A stretch of DNA of 64,000 nucleotides from Limisphaerales bacterium (GTDB lineage Bacteria; Verrucomicrobiota; Verrucomicrobiia; Limisphaerales; AAA164-E04). The first letter of the stretch is position 1. The number at the start of each line of letters is the position of its first letter. Shown here piece after piece: positions 44,595-53,897 of this stretch. A program made the position numbers and the translations under genes. Below the pieces are notes generated by a model that worked only from the letters and a program-made list of their open reading frames with translations, was not told the origin of the DNA and ran no database searches. The stretch lies in assembly GCA_965221075.1 (NCBI GenBank), contig OZ244865.1:33123-97122 (forward strand), in the 5' to 3' direction.

Positions 44595-45156
44595 TCATAA
44601 TTGCTTCATCCGAGCCCGGATGAAGTGGGCCAGAGTGTGCGGCGCACATCCGCAGATGCGAGCGATGGAGGCCTTCGCTACGCCCATGTCGAGGTAGTGG
44701 CGGATCTCCGCCTCGCGGCCGTCCAGCTTGCATTTCCCTGTCTTCCCTCTGGGACGGCCGATGCGCTTCCCCGCCGCCCTGGCCTTGGCCATCCCCTCCC
44801 TGGTCCTTTCCGGAATCAGGTCGCGCTCGATCTCGGCGAACAACGCGAAAAGGGCGGTCATCACCTTGGTCTGCATGTCCTGCTTCCCGTTGATCCGGAT
44901 GTTCTCCATGATGGCGACGAAGCGGATTCCGGAACTCGCCAGGCGATCGAGCAGGGCGATGATCTGGCCGATGGAGTATCGAGCAGGTCGGGGATCTTGC
45001 GAGCCGCCTCGCGCCGGGAGGCGGATGCGGAGACTTCGATGAACTGGTCGATCATCTCCCGGCGGGCGAAGTCAAGCAGGGCCAAGCGCTGGCTGGCGGT
45101 GTCCTGGGAGGTGCTGGAGAACCTCGGATAGACGACTGTTCCTGGTCTGGGTGTCA
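44595..45156 (-). pseudogene. Small serine recombinase (resolvase/invertase type), frameshifted and lacking the DRLGR segment
   Basis: Possible TTG start at 45156. ..VVYPRFSSTSQDTASQRLALLDFARREMIDQFIEVSASASRREAARKIPDLLD, then a frame change to ..SIGQIIALLDRLASSGIRFVAIMENIRINGKQDMQTKVMTALFALFAEIERDLIPERTREGMAKARAAGKRIGRPRG..GVAKASIARICGCAPHTLAHFI (C-terminal HTH). Confidence 0.7.
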
Positions 45157-45183
45157 AAAAGGCCGTTCTGGACTTTTTTTGAC
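45151..45183. promoter_or_regulatory. Inverted repeat TGTCAAAAA-N15-TTTTTGACA overlapping the recombinase start; candidate recombinase binding (res/hix-like) site
   Basis: tgtcaaaaaggccgttctggactttttttgaca. A third half-site lies in cggtcgtttttttgaccg at 45235-45252. This AT-rich island sits in GC-rich DNA. The TGTC core is shared with classical resolvase half-sites. Confidence 0.35.
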
Positions 45184-45322
45184 ATGCAGAAAGAATAATA
45201 CCGCCCTTATAGCCGCAAGATACGCTACGGGGAAACGGTCGTTTTTTTGACCGAACCAAGCTCCCCTTCCGCCTCGGTTCGGGCGTCTGGGCCCCGGCGG
45301 CGGGGCAGGGCTCCCGGGAGCC

Positions 45323-46624
45323 CTACCGCTCCCTCCCCTGCTCGACCCGGTCGAGGAGAGAATCCTTGGTTTGGGGCCGCTCCGCGGCCATCGCCTCGAC
45401 AACCTTGGACGCCTCCCACCTGGCCGCCGCCAGGCGATCCTCGTCCGTAGGGCCGGAATCCGCCATCTCCCCTTGCGCACGTGGCCGGTCGATCAACCAT
45501 GTGCGCAAGCTGGGGATGGGGCAGACCAGCGCGTCTCCGGAGCCGGGCTGCAAGGCTCCCCTATGGATCAGATGCCCAAGGAACTGGCCGGCGGACATTC
45601 CTTCCGGAAGTTCCCATTCTGTGCCTTGGCCGTTTGCAATCTTCCCTTTGATGGCGTTCAGCACCCTGCTGCGGGATAGACCTCCGTTGGACGGCACCTC
45701 CTCCATGACCGCCGCCACCAGGTCTTTGGCCTCCTTCATTTCTTTGCTCTGGCGGGCTTCATAGCTCCTTTGCCGGTATTTGCGTGCGAGAGCACGCATG
45801 GGGAGGATCTCGATGTCCTTGATTTCGCCTTTCTTCTGTCCGATGGCCCGGAAGGCTGCGGCGGCCTCGGTCCGGACATGCTGTGGCCAGCCTTCGGAGC
45901 TCCTTGCGATCTCGTCGGCCAGTTGCTGCACCAGCACTCCCGCTCCAGGGTCGATGCGGCAGTTGGCGATCATCCGCTTGACGCAGTCACGCACCTCCTC
46001 GGAGGCGAGGGGTCCCAGTGTGCGGACGTTGTCGGTTTGCAGGCGGCTGACGCCGGCCTGGGCGAGGGAGTCGGTGGAATTGGCCAGCCCGGCGTAGATA
46101 GGGACGATGGGGAGGCGGTGAGTTCCTAGGTGGAGGGGAGTCAGGACTTCTCCATGGCTCTCCCTAACGTTCTGGATCTCGTCGACGAGGATGCAGAGGG
46201 GATGCTTCCAGTCCTGCGGGGGAAGGAGTTCCTTCAGAAGAGAGAAGGCGATGTTCTCCGGAGAGGCCTTGGAGGGGTCGAGCTTCCTTACGATCGCCAG
46301 CGCCATCGTCGCCGGATCTTCGAGGTAGGCTTGGCGTATCTCCAGGACATGAGGCCGATCGGGTTTGCCGTCCCATTCCTCTTCAAGGTGCGAGAGGATA
46401 GCAGTCTTCCCGGCCCCGGGTGCACCCTGGAGGACGATGGTGTGCCCGGCGGCGCGCTGGTTCCTTCCTAAGGCCCGCATCGCTCCGCGGCAGTTGGCCT
46501 GGATCAGCTCGAGGATGTCCTGGCGGCCGACGAAGACGGGAGCGGGCTGCCTGTCGAGAGGGCGGCTGTACTCTTCCAGCAGCTCCCGGTCGTACTGCTC
46601 GCGGCTCTCCATGGCTGTAAGCAT
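45323..46624 (-). CDS. AAA+ P-loop ATPase paralog, copy 5 (intact, most divergent, lacks the ~31-aa Gly/Ser/Thr loop)
   Basis: ATG 46624. MLTAMESREQYDRELLEEYSRPLDRQPAPVFVGRQDILELI..GHTIVLQGAPGAGKTAIL..PLCILVDEIQNV..LPIVPIYAGLANST..PIPSLRTWLIDR.. Confidence 0.8.
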   Translation of the reverse strand: MLTAMESREQYDRELLEEYSRPLDRQPAPVFVGRQDILELIQANCRGAMRALGRNQRAAGHTIVLQGAPGAGKTAILSHLEEEWDGKPDRPHVLEIRQAYLEDPATMALAIVRKLDPSKASPENIAFSLLKELLPPQDWKHPLCILVDEIQNVRESHGEVLTPLHLGTHRLPIVPIYAGLANSTDSLAQAGVSRLQTDNVRTLGPLASEEVRDCVKRMIANCRIDPGAGVLVQQLADEIARSSEGWPQHVRTEAAAAFRAIGQKKGEIKDIEILPMRALARKYRQRSYEARQSKEMKEAKDLVAAVMEEVPSNGGLSRSRVLNAIKGKIANGQGTEWELPEGMSAGQFLGHLIHRGALQPGSGDALVCPIPSLRTWLIDRPRAQGEMADSGPTDEDRLAAARWEASKVVEAMAAERPQTKDSLLDRVEQGRER

Positions 46625-46676
46625 CCTGCCACCGATGGCGTCCCGACTCAAGGAAGGCCTGAGGCGGGAGAAGTTG

Positions 46677-48215
46677 GGCCTCTACTGAAAATCGTGCGGG
46701 TTGATGCTGTCCAGACAGCCGTGGCTGGCACTAGCCATGGCAACTCGGCTCCAGAGGCACAGACAGGCTGCGCCATATGGTTTGGCTCCATTATTCTACC
46801 CCATGTGGTCCCGGGGATGCCGGGGGCAGCGTCCCCTGCAGCAAGAGGGCCAGTGGCCTCGGCTTCAGCGGAACGCTGAGGGGGCATCTGTCCCCTGGAC
46901 AGCACAGCCATGCGCAGGATTGCTCCATTAATCGGAACGTCCCGCGTTCGGATGCCGTCGAGGTTCCGGACAATCGGCCGGAGCGCCGATGGCGGGCGTT
47001 CGACCGGCATAGCGGGATCTTGACGCCCCAGCGCCGGCGAACACACCGAGGCCGGGCGCAAGCTGATCGTGCGTGTCGGTTGCCGCCGGGGTGCGCGCTT
47101 TGCGCATGGCGATGCCGGGTGCGTCCATCCGGTGCATGGCACGCTGACCAGGAACTTCCGCCACCCGAGCTTCTTCCAGCACGAGTGCGAACTCGTGGCC
47201 CGCGTTCCGCGCGTGCGCCTGCCGGACGGGCGAGCGGCGCTGGTGGAGCCGGCCTGGGCGGGCCGTCGCTCCGGCTTCACGCTCCTCTTCGAGGCGCTTG
47301 TTGCCGCCCTGTGCCAGCAGATGTCCTTTGCGGCGGCAGCGAGGCTGTCGCCGCAAAGGGCCCAGCCGATCTGCGCATGCTGAGTCTACATGGCCGTCGC
47401 ACAGACCAAACTCTCCGAAACCAGAGCCGTTGCCATCGACGAAACCTCCGGGCGCGCGGGCACGGCTACGCCGCCGTCGCTGCAGACGCCGACGCACGCC
47501 GCGTCGTCTTCGTCGGCAAGGGGCGCAGCGCCAGGACCGTCGGAGAGTTCGACGACGCGCTGGCTGCGCACGGCGGCGACCCCAAGGCGGTCGGATCGGT
47601 CTCCATCGACATGTCGCACGCCTTCATCCGCGGCGTCGCCGAGCATCTGCCCAACGCAGGGATCACCTTCGGCAAGTTCCACGCAGTTGCCCAAGCCTCC
47701 AAGGCGCTCGACACGACCCGGCGCATCGAACAGCGGCTCGCCCCGGAGCTCAAGGGCCTGAGATGGACGCTGCTCAAGGATCCTGGCCGTCTCGGTCCCG
47801 TTCAGCCGGCCGGCCTCGACTCGCTCCTGGCCAACCTCGCCGGCGAGCGCACCGCGCGGGCCCGGATGTACCGGGAGCAGCTGCGGGAGATCCTCGACCG
47901 CAAGCAGATCCCCGAAGCCGGGGGCATGCTCCACCAATGGCACTCCAGCGTGAACCGCTCCAAGGCCGAGCCCATGAAGGCCGTCGCCAGGATGATCCGG
48001 AAGCGCATCCACGGAATCGCAGCCTGGGCCGGAACCCTCCGCACCAACGGCTTCATCGAGGTGATCAACGGACTGTTCCAGTCCGCCAAGCGACGCGCCA
48101 GAGGCTGCCGCTGCTTCGAGACCATCCGCACCGTCTTCTTCCTCATCGCTGGAACGCTCGACTTCGCCAAGTCCAGCCCCCATGCCGCTTGACCCGCAAG
48201 TTTTTCGGCAGAGCC
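46677..48215 (+). mobile_element. ISL3-family insertion sequence (transposase frameshifted)
   Basis: Terminal inverted repeats: ggcctctactgaaaatcgtgcggg (46677) and ggctctgccgaaaaacttgcggg (reverse complement of 48193-48215). No matching 8-bp target duplication (agaagttg versus tgattttc). Confidence 0.75.
47069..48192 (+). pseudogene. ISL3 transposase, at least two frameshifts
   Basis: C..G....HG..TRNFRHPSFFQHECELVARVPRVRLPDGRAALVEPAWAGRRSGFTLLFEAL..; ..AVAIDETSGR..; ..DARRVVFVGKGRSARTV..SIDMSHAFIRGV..ITFGKFH...LKGLRWTLLK..TNGFIEVINGLFQSAKRRARG. Confidence 0.75.
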
Positions 48216-48510
48216 TGATTTTCTTGGACGCCGTGGAGCCCGTTCGAGCCTCGCCGTTGCGGCACGCCCGGTGCTGTCTTCGACCGGGAACACAGTCTCG
48301 GCACTCCGGACGATATCCATTTCGACTCCCGATAGCCCCGAACACACGCGCCGCTGCCGACGCTTCGTCTCCGCCCTCTCGAACGGCGGCGCACGGCTCT
48401 CCGGGAAACGCGGACTGGCTCATCCTTCGTTCCAGAAGACTTCCGCCTCCTGTCCGGCCGCCGGCCAGCCTGGCGCACGTTCCCTCCGGGTTCTCGAGAA
48501 GGAACGGCGA
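48216..48510 (-). pseudogene. Thioredoxin-fold (TlpA-like) remnant upstream of ATPase copy 5, separated from it by ISL3
   Basis: SPFLLENPEGTCARLAGGRTGGGSLLE..FPGEPCAAVRE..ARVFGAIGSRNG resembles aPaWELNDLKGEKV..KDKVVVLNFWATWCPPCVAE..VVFVGVSLDRGNG. It is decayed and the second Cys is lost. Weak. Confidence 0.35.
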
Positions 48511-48641
48511 CCGGGCGGCTCCTCCCGGCGGATCCCGCAAGCAGGATCGGGGGGGCGAACTTGAACAGCGATTCCTGGAGGCGGTAGGATGGCTATGGGA
48601 ATGGACGGAGCGGCGGGAGAAACGGACGGAGCGGCGGGGCG

Positions 48642-50033
48642 ATGCGCACCCTGATCCGGGAGATGCCCGCCGGACCGGGCCCGCTGGCCCTGGCCCAGGG
48701 CCTGGGCCGCCAGCCGGGAGTCGCCCTGCTCCATTCCGCCCTCCCCTCCTCGGACGAGAGCCGCTTCTCCTTCCTGGCCTGCCGCCCCTTCGCCCGCCTG
48801 GAGGCCCGGGGCCACCTGTGCCGCCTGAGCGCAGGGAGCCGGACCGCGGTGCTCTACGCCAACCCCTGGCGTCTAGCCAGCTCCCTGATGCTCCGCTACG
48901 AGCTCCTGGAGGAGCGCGACCTGCCCTTTCCTCTGGGCGCGGCCATAGGCTTCTGGGGCTACGAGATGGGACGGATCGCGAGCGACTCCCCCTGGCCCGA
49001 CCTCTCCCTTGGCTTCTACGACAGCCTCTGCGCCTTCGACCACCGCCTGGACCGCTGCTGGGCGGTCTCGACCGGGATGCGCTTCGACGGCTCGCGCTGC
49101 GCGGGCCTGGCCCGCCGCCGCATGGAGTCCTGGCGCCGCCGCATGGAGGAGGATCCAGCGGAGGGGGGCCCTAGGGAAGAGTTCTGGACGGGCCCGGCCC
49201 GGAGCAGCCTCCAGGAGGAAGGCTTCCTGCGCAGGGTGGAGCGGGCCCTCGGCTACATCGGGGCGGGCGACATCTACCAGGTGAACCTCTCGCGCCGCAT
49301 CGAACTCCCCTTCGGCGGGGACCCCATGGACCTGTACTCCCGGCTGGCGGAGGTCTCGCCGGCCCCCTTCTCGGCCTGGCTGGACTGCGGGGAAACCGCG
49401 CTCGCCAGCGCCTCGCCCGAGTCCTTCCTGAGGATGGCCGGACGCCACGTCCGGACCCGGCCGATCAAGGGGACCCGGCCCCGGCATGCCGATCCCCGGA
49501 GGGACGCCCTCCTGGCCCGGGAGCTGGAGCGCAGCCCCAAGGAGCGGGCCGAGCTGGTGATGATCACCGACCTGATGCGCAGCGATCTGGGGCGGATCTG
49601 CGAGTACGGCTCGGTGGAGGCGCCCTCCTCCTTCGCCCTGGAGTCCTTCCCCCAGGTCCACCACCAGGTGGCCACCGTCGAGGGGATGCTCCGGGAGGGG
49701 ACCAGCCACCTGGAGGCCCTGGAGGCATGCTTCCCGCCTGGCAGCGTCACCGGCGCGCCCAAGGCCAGGGCCATGGAGATCATCGGCGAGCTGGAGCCGG
49801 TGGAGAGGGGACCCTACACCGGAGCGGTCGGCTACCTGGGCTTCAACCAGATCTCCCACCTCTCGGTGGCCATCCGCACCGCCTTCCTCCGGGAGGGCCG
49901 GGCGTCCTTCTCCACCGGGGCCGGCATCGTGGCCGATTCCGATCCCCGGTCCGAATGGCGGGAGACGGAGGACAAGGCCTCGGGCTTCCTCCGGGCGGCG
50001 CGTTCCGAGGAAGCCCCCCTCCCGCAGGCGTGA
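48642..50033 (+). CDS. pabB: Aminodeoxychorismate synthase component I
   Basis: ..GDIYQVNLSRR..SPAPFSAWL..ASASPESFL..RPIKGTRPR.....D......L..S.KERAEL.MI.DL.R.DL.R....GSV....F..E.....HH.V..V.G.L......L.AL.A.FP.GSVTGAPK.RAMEII.ELE...RG.YTGAVGYL. Confidence 0.85.
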   Translation: MRTLIREMPAGPGPLALAQGLGRQPGVALLHSALPSSDESRFSFLACRPFARLEARGHLCRLSAGSRTAVLYANPWRLASSLMLRYELLEERDLPFPLGAAIGFWGYEMGRIASDSPWPDLSLGFYDSLCAFDHRLDRCWAVSTGMRFDGSRCAGLARRRMESWRRRMEEDPAEGGPREEFWTGPARSSLQEEGFLRRVERALGYIGAGDIYQVNLSRRIELPFGGDPMDLYSRLAEVSPAPFSAWLDCGETALASASPESFLRMAGRHVRTRPIKGTRPRHADPRRDALLARELERSPKERAELVMITDLMRSDLGRICEYGSVEAPSSFALESFPQVHHQVATVEGMLREGTSHLEALEACFPPGSVTGAPKARAMEIIGELEPVERGPYTGAVGYLGFNQISHLSVAIRTAFLREGRASFSTGAGIVADSDPRSEWRETEDKASGFLRAARSEEAPLPQA

Positions 50034-50869
50034 ACACCGCCTACGTCAACGGGCGCTTCCTTCCCCTGGAGGTGGCCACCGTCCCGGTGCTGGACCGGGG
50101 CTTCCTCTACGGGGACGGCTGCTTCGAGACGCTGCGCGTCGAGCAGGGGCGGCCCGGCTTCTGGCGGGAGCACCTGCGGCGCCTCTGGAGCACCCTGGAA
50201 TGGCTGCGCATCCCCCCGCCACGCACCCCCGAGCAGCTCGCCATGCTGGTCGGGAGCCTGATCCGCCGCAACCGGTCCGGCCAGTCGCTGCTCCGCCTGC
50301 AAGTGACGCGGGGGAAGGGGCCCCGCGGCGACTCGATCGGGAAGGCCCGCAGCCCCTCCCTGGCTCTCACCCAGCATCCGCTGCCCGAGCCGTCCCGGGG
50401 CCGGGCCCTGGCCCTGGCCAGCCTGCGCCTGGATCCCGCCTCGGGGCTGGGCGCCCGCAAGCTCTGCGGACGGGCCCTCTGGATCCTGGGGCGCGCCGAG
50501 GCCGAGGACGGGGGCGCCGACGAGCCCCTCTTCCTGACCTGCCAGGGGGAGGTGGCCTGCGCCGGCAGCGGCAACGTCTTCTGGCAGGAGCGGGACCGGC
50601 TCCACACCCCGCCCCTCTCCCTGGGCATCCTGCCGGGCATCACCCGGCAGGCGGTGATCGCCCTCTGCCGCCAGGAAGGCGTCCCCTGCGAGGAGACCCG
50701 GGCCGCTCCGCAGCGGATCCAGCAGGGCCGCGGAGCCTTCCTGACCCGGAGCAGCGAGGGGCTGGTGCCGGTGGCGTCCCTGGAGGGCCGGAGCCTGCCG
50801 CCCTGCCCCCTCCTGCAGCGCCTCAAGCCCGGATACGACCGCATCGCCCTGCAGACCCCCTTCCCCTGA
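50030..50869 (+). CDS. pabC: Aminodeoxychorismate lyase (class IV aminotransferase fold)
   Basis: GTG overlaps the pabB stop (GTGA). VNGRFLPLEVATVPVLDRGFLYGDGCFETLRV..G.......HL.RL......L..P......; ..LRLQVTRG.G.RG; ..GILPGITR..V. Confidence 0.7.
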   Translation: MNTAYVNGRFLPLEVATVPVLDRGFLYGDGCFETLRVEQGRPGFWREHLRRLWSTLEWLRIPPPRTPEQLAMLVGSLIRRNRSGQSLLRLQVTRGKGPRGDSIGKARSPSLALTQHPLPEPSRGRALALASLRLDPASGLGARKLCGRALWILGRAEAEDGGADEPLFLTCQGEVACAGSGNVFWQERDRLHTPPLSLGILPGITRQAVIALCRQEGVPCEETRAAPQRIQQGRGAFLTRSSEGLVPVASLEGRSLPPCPLLQRLKPGYDRIALQTPFP

Positions 50870-50873
50870 AACC

Positions 50874-51443
50874 GTGAGGATCCTCGTCGCAATCACCGGA
50901 GCCAGCGGAGCCCTCTACGCCCAGCGCCTGCTGGACCGGCTCGACCCGGACCGGCTCGAGGTCCACCTGATCCTCTCCCGCTACGCCCGGCAGGTGGTGC
51001 AGCAGGAGCTGGACCAGGGGCTGGCGCTGGCTCCCGGAGTGGTGCAGCACTCGATCCGCTCCATGAACGCCCCCTTCGCCAGCGGCTCCAACCCCTTCGA
51101 CGCCATGGTGGCGATCCCCTGCAGCATGGGCACCCTCGGGCGCATCGCCCAGGGGCTGGGAAGCGACCTGATCCTCAGGGCCGCCGACGTGATGCTCAAG
51201 GAGGGCAGGAAGCTGATCCTGGTTCCCCGAGAGACGCCCTACAGCCTGATCCACGTCCGAAACATGGAGCAGCTGCTCCTGGCCGGGGCCACGCTGATCC
51301 CGGCCAGCCCCTCCTTCTACTCCCGCCCGGCCTCCATTGCCCAGCTGGCGGACACGGTGGTGGCCCGGGTGCTCGACCACCTGGGACTGCCCCCGGACTG
51401 GGCCCCACGATGGAAGGATCGGGAGGGGGAGTCCCCTGCCTGA
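50874..51443 (+). CDS. ubiX: Flavin prenyltransferase UbiX
   Basis: GTG start. MRILVAITGASGALYAQRLL..; ..MVAIPCSMGTLGRIA.G...DLI.RAADV.LKE.RKLILVPRETP....H..NM..L...GA...PASP.FY. Confidence 0.9.
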   Translation: MRILVAITGASGALYAQRLLDRLDPDRLEVHLILSRYARQVVQQELDQGLALAPGVVQHSIRSMNAPFASGSNPFDAMVAIPCSMGTLGRIAQGLGSDLILRAADVMLKEGRKLILVPRETPYSLIHVRNMEQLLLAGATLIPASPSFYSRPASIAQLADTVVARVLDHLGLPPDWAPRWKDREGESPA

Positions 51444-51690
51444 CCGGACATGGGCCGGCCGGGCCCGCTCCAGAGGGCCCCAGCCGACCGGGATCCGGCC
51501 GCCACGGCCGAAGCGGTCCGGACGGCTCCCGGAGGGAACGCCTCCCCGGGCGGGGAAGCGGACAGGGAAGGCTCTCCCGGCGCAGGCGGCCGAGGCGCGG
51601 GGCGGGCAGAAGAGCCGGGCTGCCGTGGAAGGACATCCAGGGACAGCCCCGATGCTTCGGGCATCGCCATCGCCCCGCCGGGCCGGCGCG

Positions 51691-53733
51691 TCAGGAAGAG
51701 GAGGGAGAGCCGATCCCGAGGGACTCCAGGAACGGAGCCAGGGAGCGGGGCCGGCCCAGGAAGCGCTCGACGGACTGGACTGGATCGCGGGAGTCGCCCA
51801 CTTCCAGGATCTCCTCCCGCAGGCGGCGCCCCAGCGCGGGATCGCGCCGCGCCCGGGAGCTCCCGCCGAAGACGGTGTCGAGGTCGGCCACGATGGCGTC
51901 GGACCAGGCGTAGCCGTAGTAGCCGGCGTCGTAGCCGTTGAGATGCCCGAATCCGGCCACGAAGGCGCCGCCGGGGGGAGGCGGCAGGAAGATGCGGGAG
52001 AGGATCTCCCTGGAGAGCGCCAGCGGATCGGCGGGCGCCTCGGGGCCGTGGAAGGCCAGATCGAGAAGGCCGAAGGCCGCCTGCCGGCGGTAGTGGGTGC
52101 CCACCGAGGCCAGGCGGGCCCGGTGCAGCCGTTCTATGGTTCCGGGCTCCATGGGACGGCCCGGCTCCCTCCAGTGGGCCGCGAAGCCCTCCAGCGTCTC
52201 CTGGTCCCAGGCCCAGCGCTCCATCAGCTGCGAGGGCACTTCGACGAAGTCGCGGGGCACCGAGGTCCCGGAGAACTCCGAGAACTCGCTCCTGGCCAGC
52301 AGCGAGTGCAGAGCGTGCCCGAACTCGTGGAACAGGGTGAGCACCTCGTCGTGGGAGAGCAGCGAGGGGCGGCCGGAGGAGGGCGGGGGGAAGTTGCAGA
52401 CCAGAGCCGCGCAGGGGCACTGGTAGCCGCCCCCGGAGAGGCGCCGCCCCCCGATCAGGCCGAACTGGGCGAAGTGGCGGAACTTCCCCTCCCGGGGGAA
52501 CATGTCCAGGTAGAGGACGCCCAGGGGGGGGCCGCCGGCATCGGACACCAGCCAGGCCTCCACCCCCTCCGCCCAGCTGGGCGCCCCGGCCAGGGGGGCC
52601 GCCTCCAGGGAGAATAGCTGCTCGGCCAGCGAGAACAGCCCGTCCCGGACCGCTTCGTAGGGGAACCAGGCCCGCAGAGCCTCCTTGTCCACGTCGAGCC
52701 TCTCCCTGACTTCCCGGCGGGCGTAGTAGCGCCAGTCCCAGGACCGGACGGCCGCTCCGGGATCCCCGGAGTCGGCGGCCTTCATCCGGCGCCACCCCTC
52801 CAGCTCCTGGCGGAACTTCCCCTCCAGGCCCGAGGAGAGCTCCTTCAGGAAGCCCGCGGCGGCCTCGCCGCGGCCGGCCATGCGCACTTCGGTGCGGTAG
52901 TCGGCCCAGGAGGCGTATCCCAGGCGGCCGGCGATCTCCCGCCTCAGGCGCAGCATCCGCCCGAGGATCCCGATGTTGCTGCCTGCGGCCAGCCCGTGGC
53001 GGGCCTCCTCCATCCGGCGTCGGGAGTCCTCGCGGCGGGCGTTCTCCATCACCGCCAGGTAGTGCCAGGCGATCTCGGCGCGGACCCGGTAGCGGCCCTC
53101 CCCGTCGCGCAGGGACTCCTGGGCCAGGAAGGCCTCCGGCACTCCCTCGAGCTCCTCGGCGGCGTACTCCACCACCGCCGTCGCCCGGGTGATGTTGGCG
53201 TCGAAGTCGGTGCCCGCCGCGGCCAGCTGCTTGCGGAGGGCCTCCACCTTCCCGCGCTCCCCGGGAGGGAGGCCGAGCCCGGCCCGGCGGTAGCTGCGCA
53301 GGACATGCTCCAGCAGCCGCTTCCGCTCCCCCTCCAGGGCCGGTCCGCTCTCGGCGTAGGCCCCGATGGCGCGGTAGACGTCCTCGCGGTACTCCAGGGA
53401 GACGGCCCAGTCCTGGTAGCGCTTGATCAGGTCCCTGGCCCTGTCGCGCAGGGCGGGATCGGGGGAGGCCTCCTGGAGCAGGTGGATGCGGGCGGCCACC
53501 TGGCCGGTATCGTGCCCCACCCGGTCCAGCGCTCCGAGGGAGCTGTCGAAGTCCAGGGAGCCCCGCTTGCGGGAGACCAGCCCGTCGAGCTGCCGGCCGG
53601 CCTCGGCAAGGGCCTCCTCCAGGGCCCCGCCGAGGCGATCGGGATCGGTCTCGAAGGAGGGAAGCTGCAGCCGCCGTCCCGCTCTCCGGGCCCGGCCGGC
53701 CGCCCGCTCCAGATCCTGGGGTTCTCTCGCCAT
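51691..53733 (-). CDS. M3-family zinc metallopeptidase (oligopeptidase A / Dcp-like)
   Basis: ATG 53733 (TTG 53784 is possible). Zinc motif TLFHEFGHALHSLL; ..EVPSQLME.W......L; ..GYDAGYYGY.WS. Confidence 0.85.
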   Translation of the reverse strand: MAREPQDLERAAGRARRAGRRLQLPSFETDPDRLGGALEEALAEAGRQLDGLVSRKRGSLDFDSSLGALDRVGHDTGQVAARIHLLQEASPDPALRDRARDLIKRYQDWAVSLEYREDVYRAIGAYAESGPALEGERKRLLEHVLRSYRRAGLGLPPGERGKVEALRKQLAAAGTDFDANITRATAVVEYAAEELEGVPEAFLAQESLRDGEGRYRVRAEIAWHYLAVMENARREDSRRRMEEARHGLAAGSNIGILGRMLRLRREIAGRLGYASWADYRTEVRMAGRGEAAAGFLKELSSGLEGKFRQELEGWRRMKAADSGDPGAAVRSWDWRYYARREVRERLDVDKEALRAWFPYEAVRDGLFSLAEQLFSLEAAPLAGAPSWAEGVEAWLVSDAGGPPLGVLYLDMFPREGKFRHFAQFGLIGGRRLSGGGYQCPCAALVCNFPPPSSGRPSLLSHDEVLTLFHEFGHALHSLLARSEFSEFSGTSVPRDFVEVPSQLMERWAWDQETLEGFAAHWREPGRPMEPGTIERLHRARLASVGTHYRRQAAFGLLDLAFHGPEAPADPLALSREILSRIFLPPPPGGAFVAGFGHLNGYDAGYYGYAWSDAIVADLDTVFGGSSRARRDPALGRRLREEILEVGDSRDPVQSVERFLGRPRSLAPFLESLGIGSPSSS

Positions 53734-53897
53734 CCGCGAAGGGAGGGGCAGTTCTAGCGGCTTGGAACGGATCGTCCACGCCAATTCGGTTCCCGGGGGG
53801 CGACACGGGCCGCGCTCCCCGCGCCGGGAGCCGATCCGGAGCCGGATCCCGGAGGGCGGCGATCCAGGCTGGAAGGCAGGGGAGCGTTCCGGCGAGG

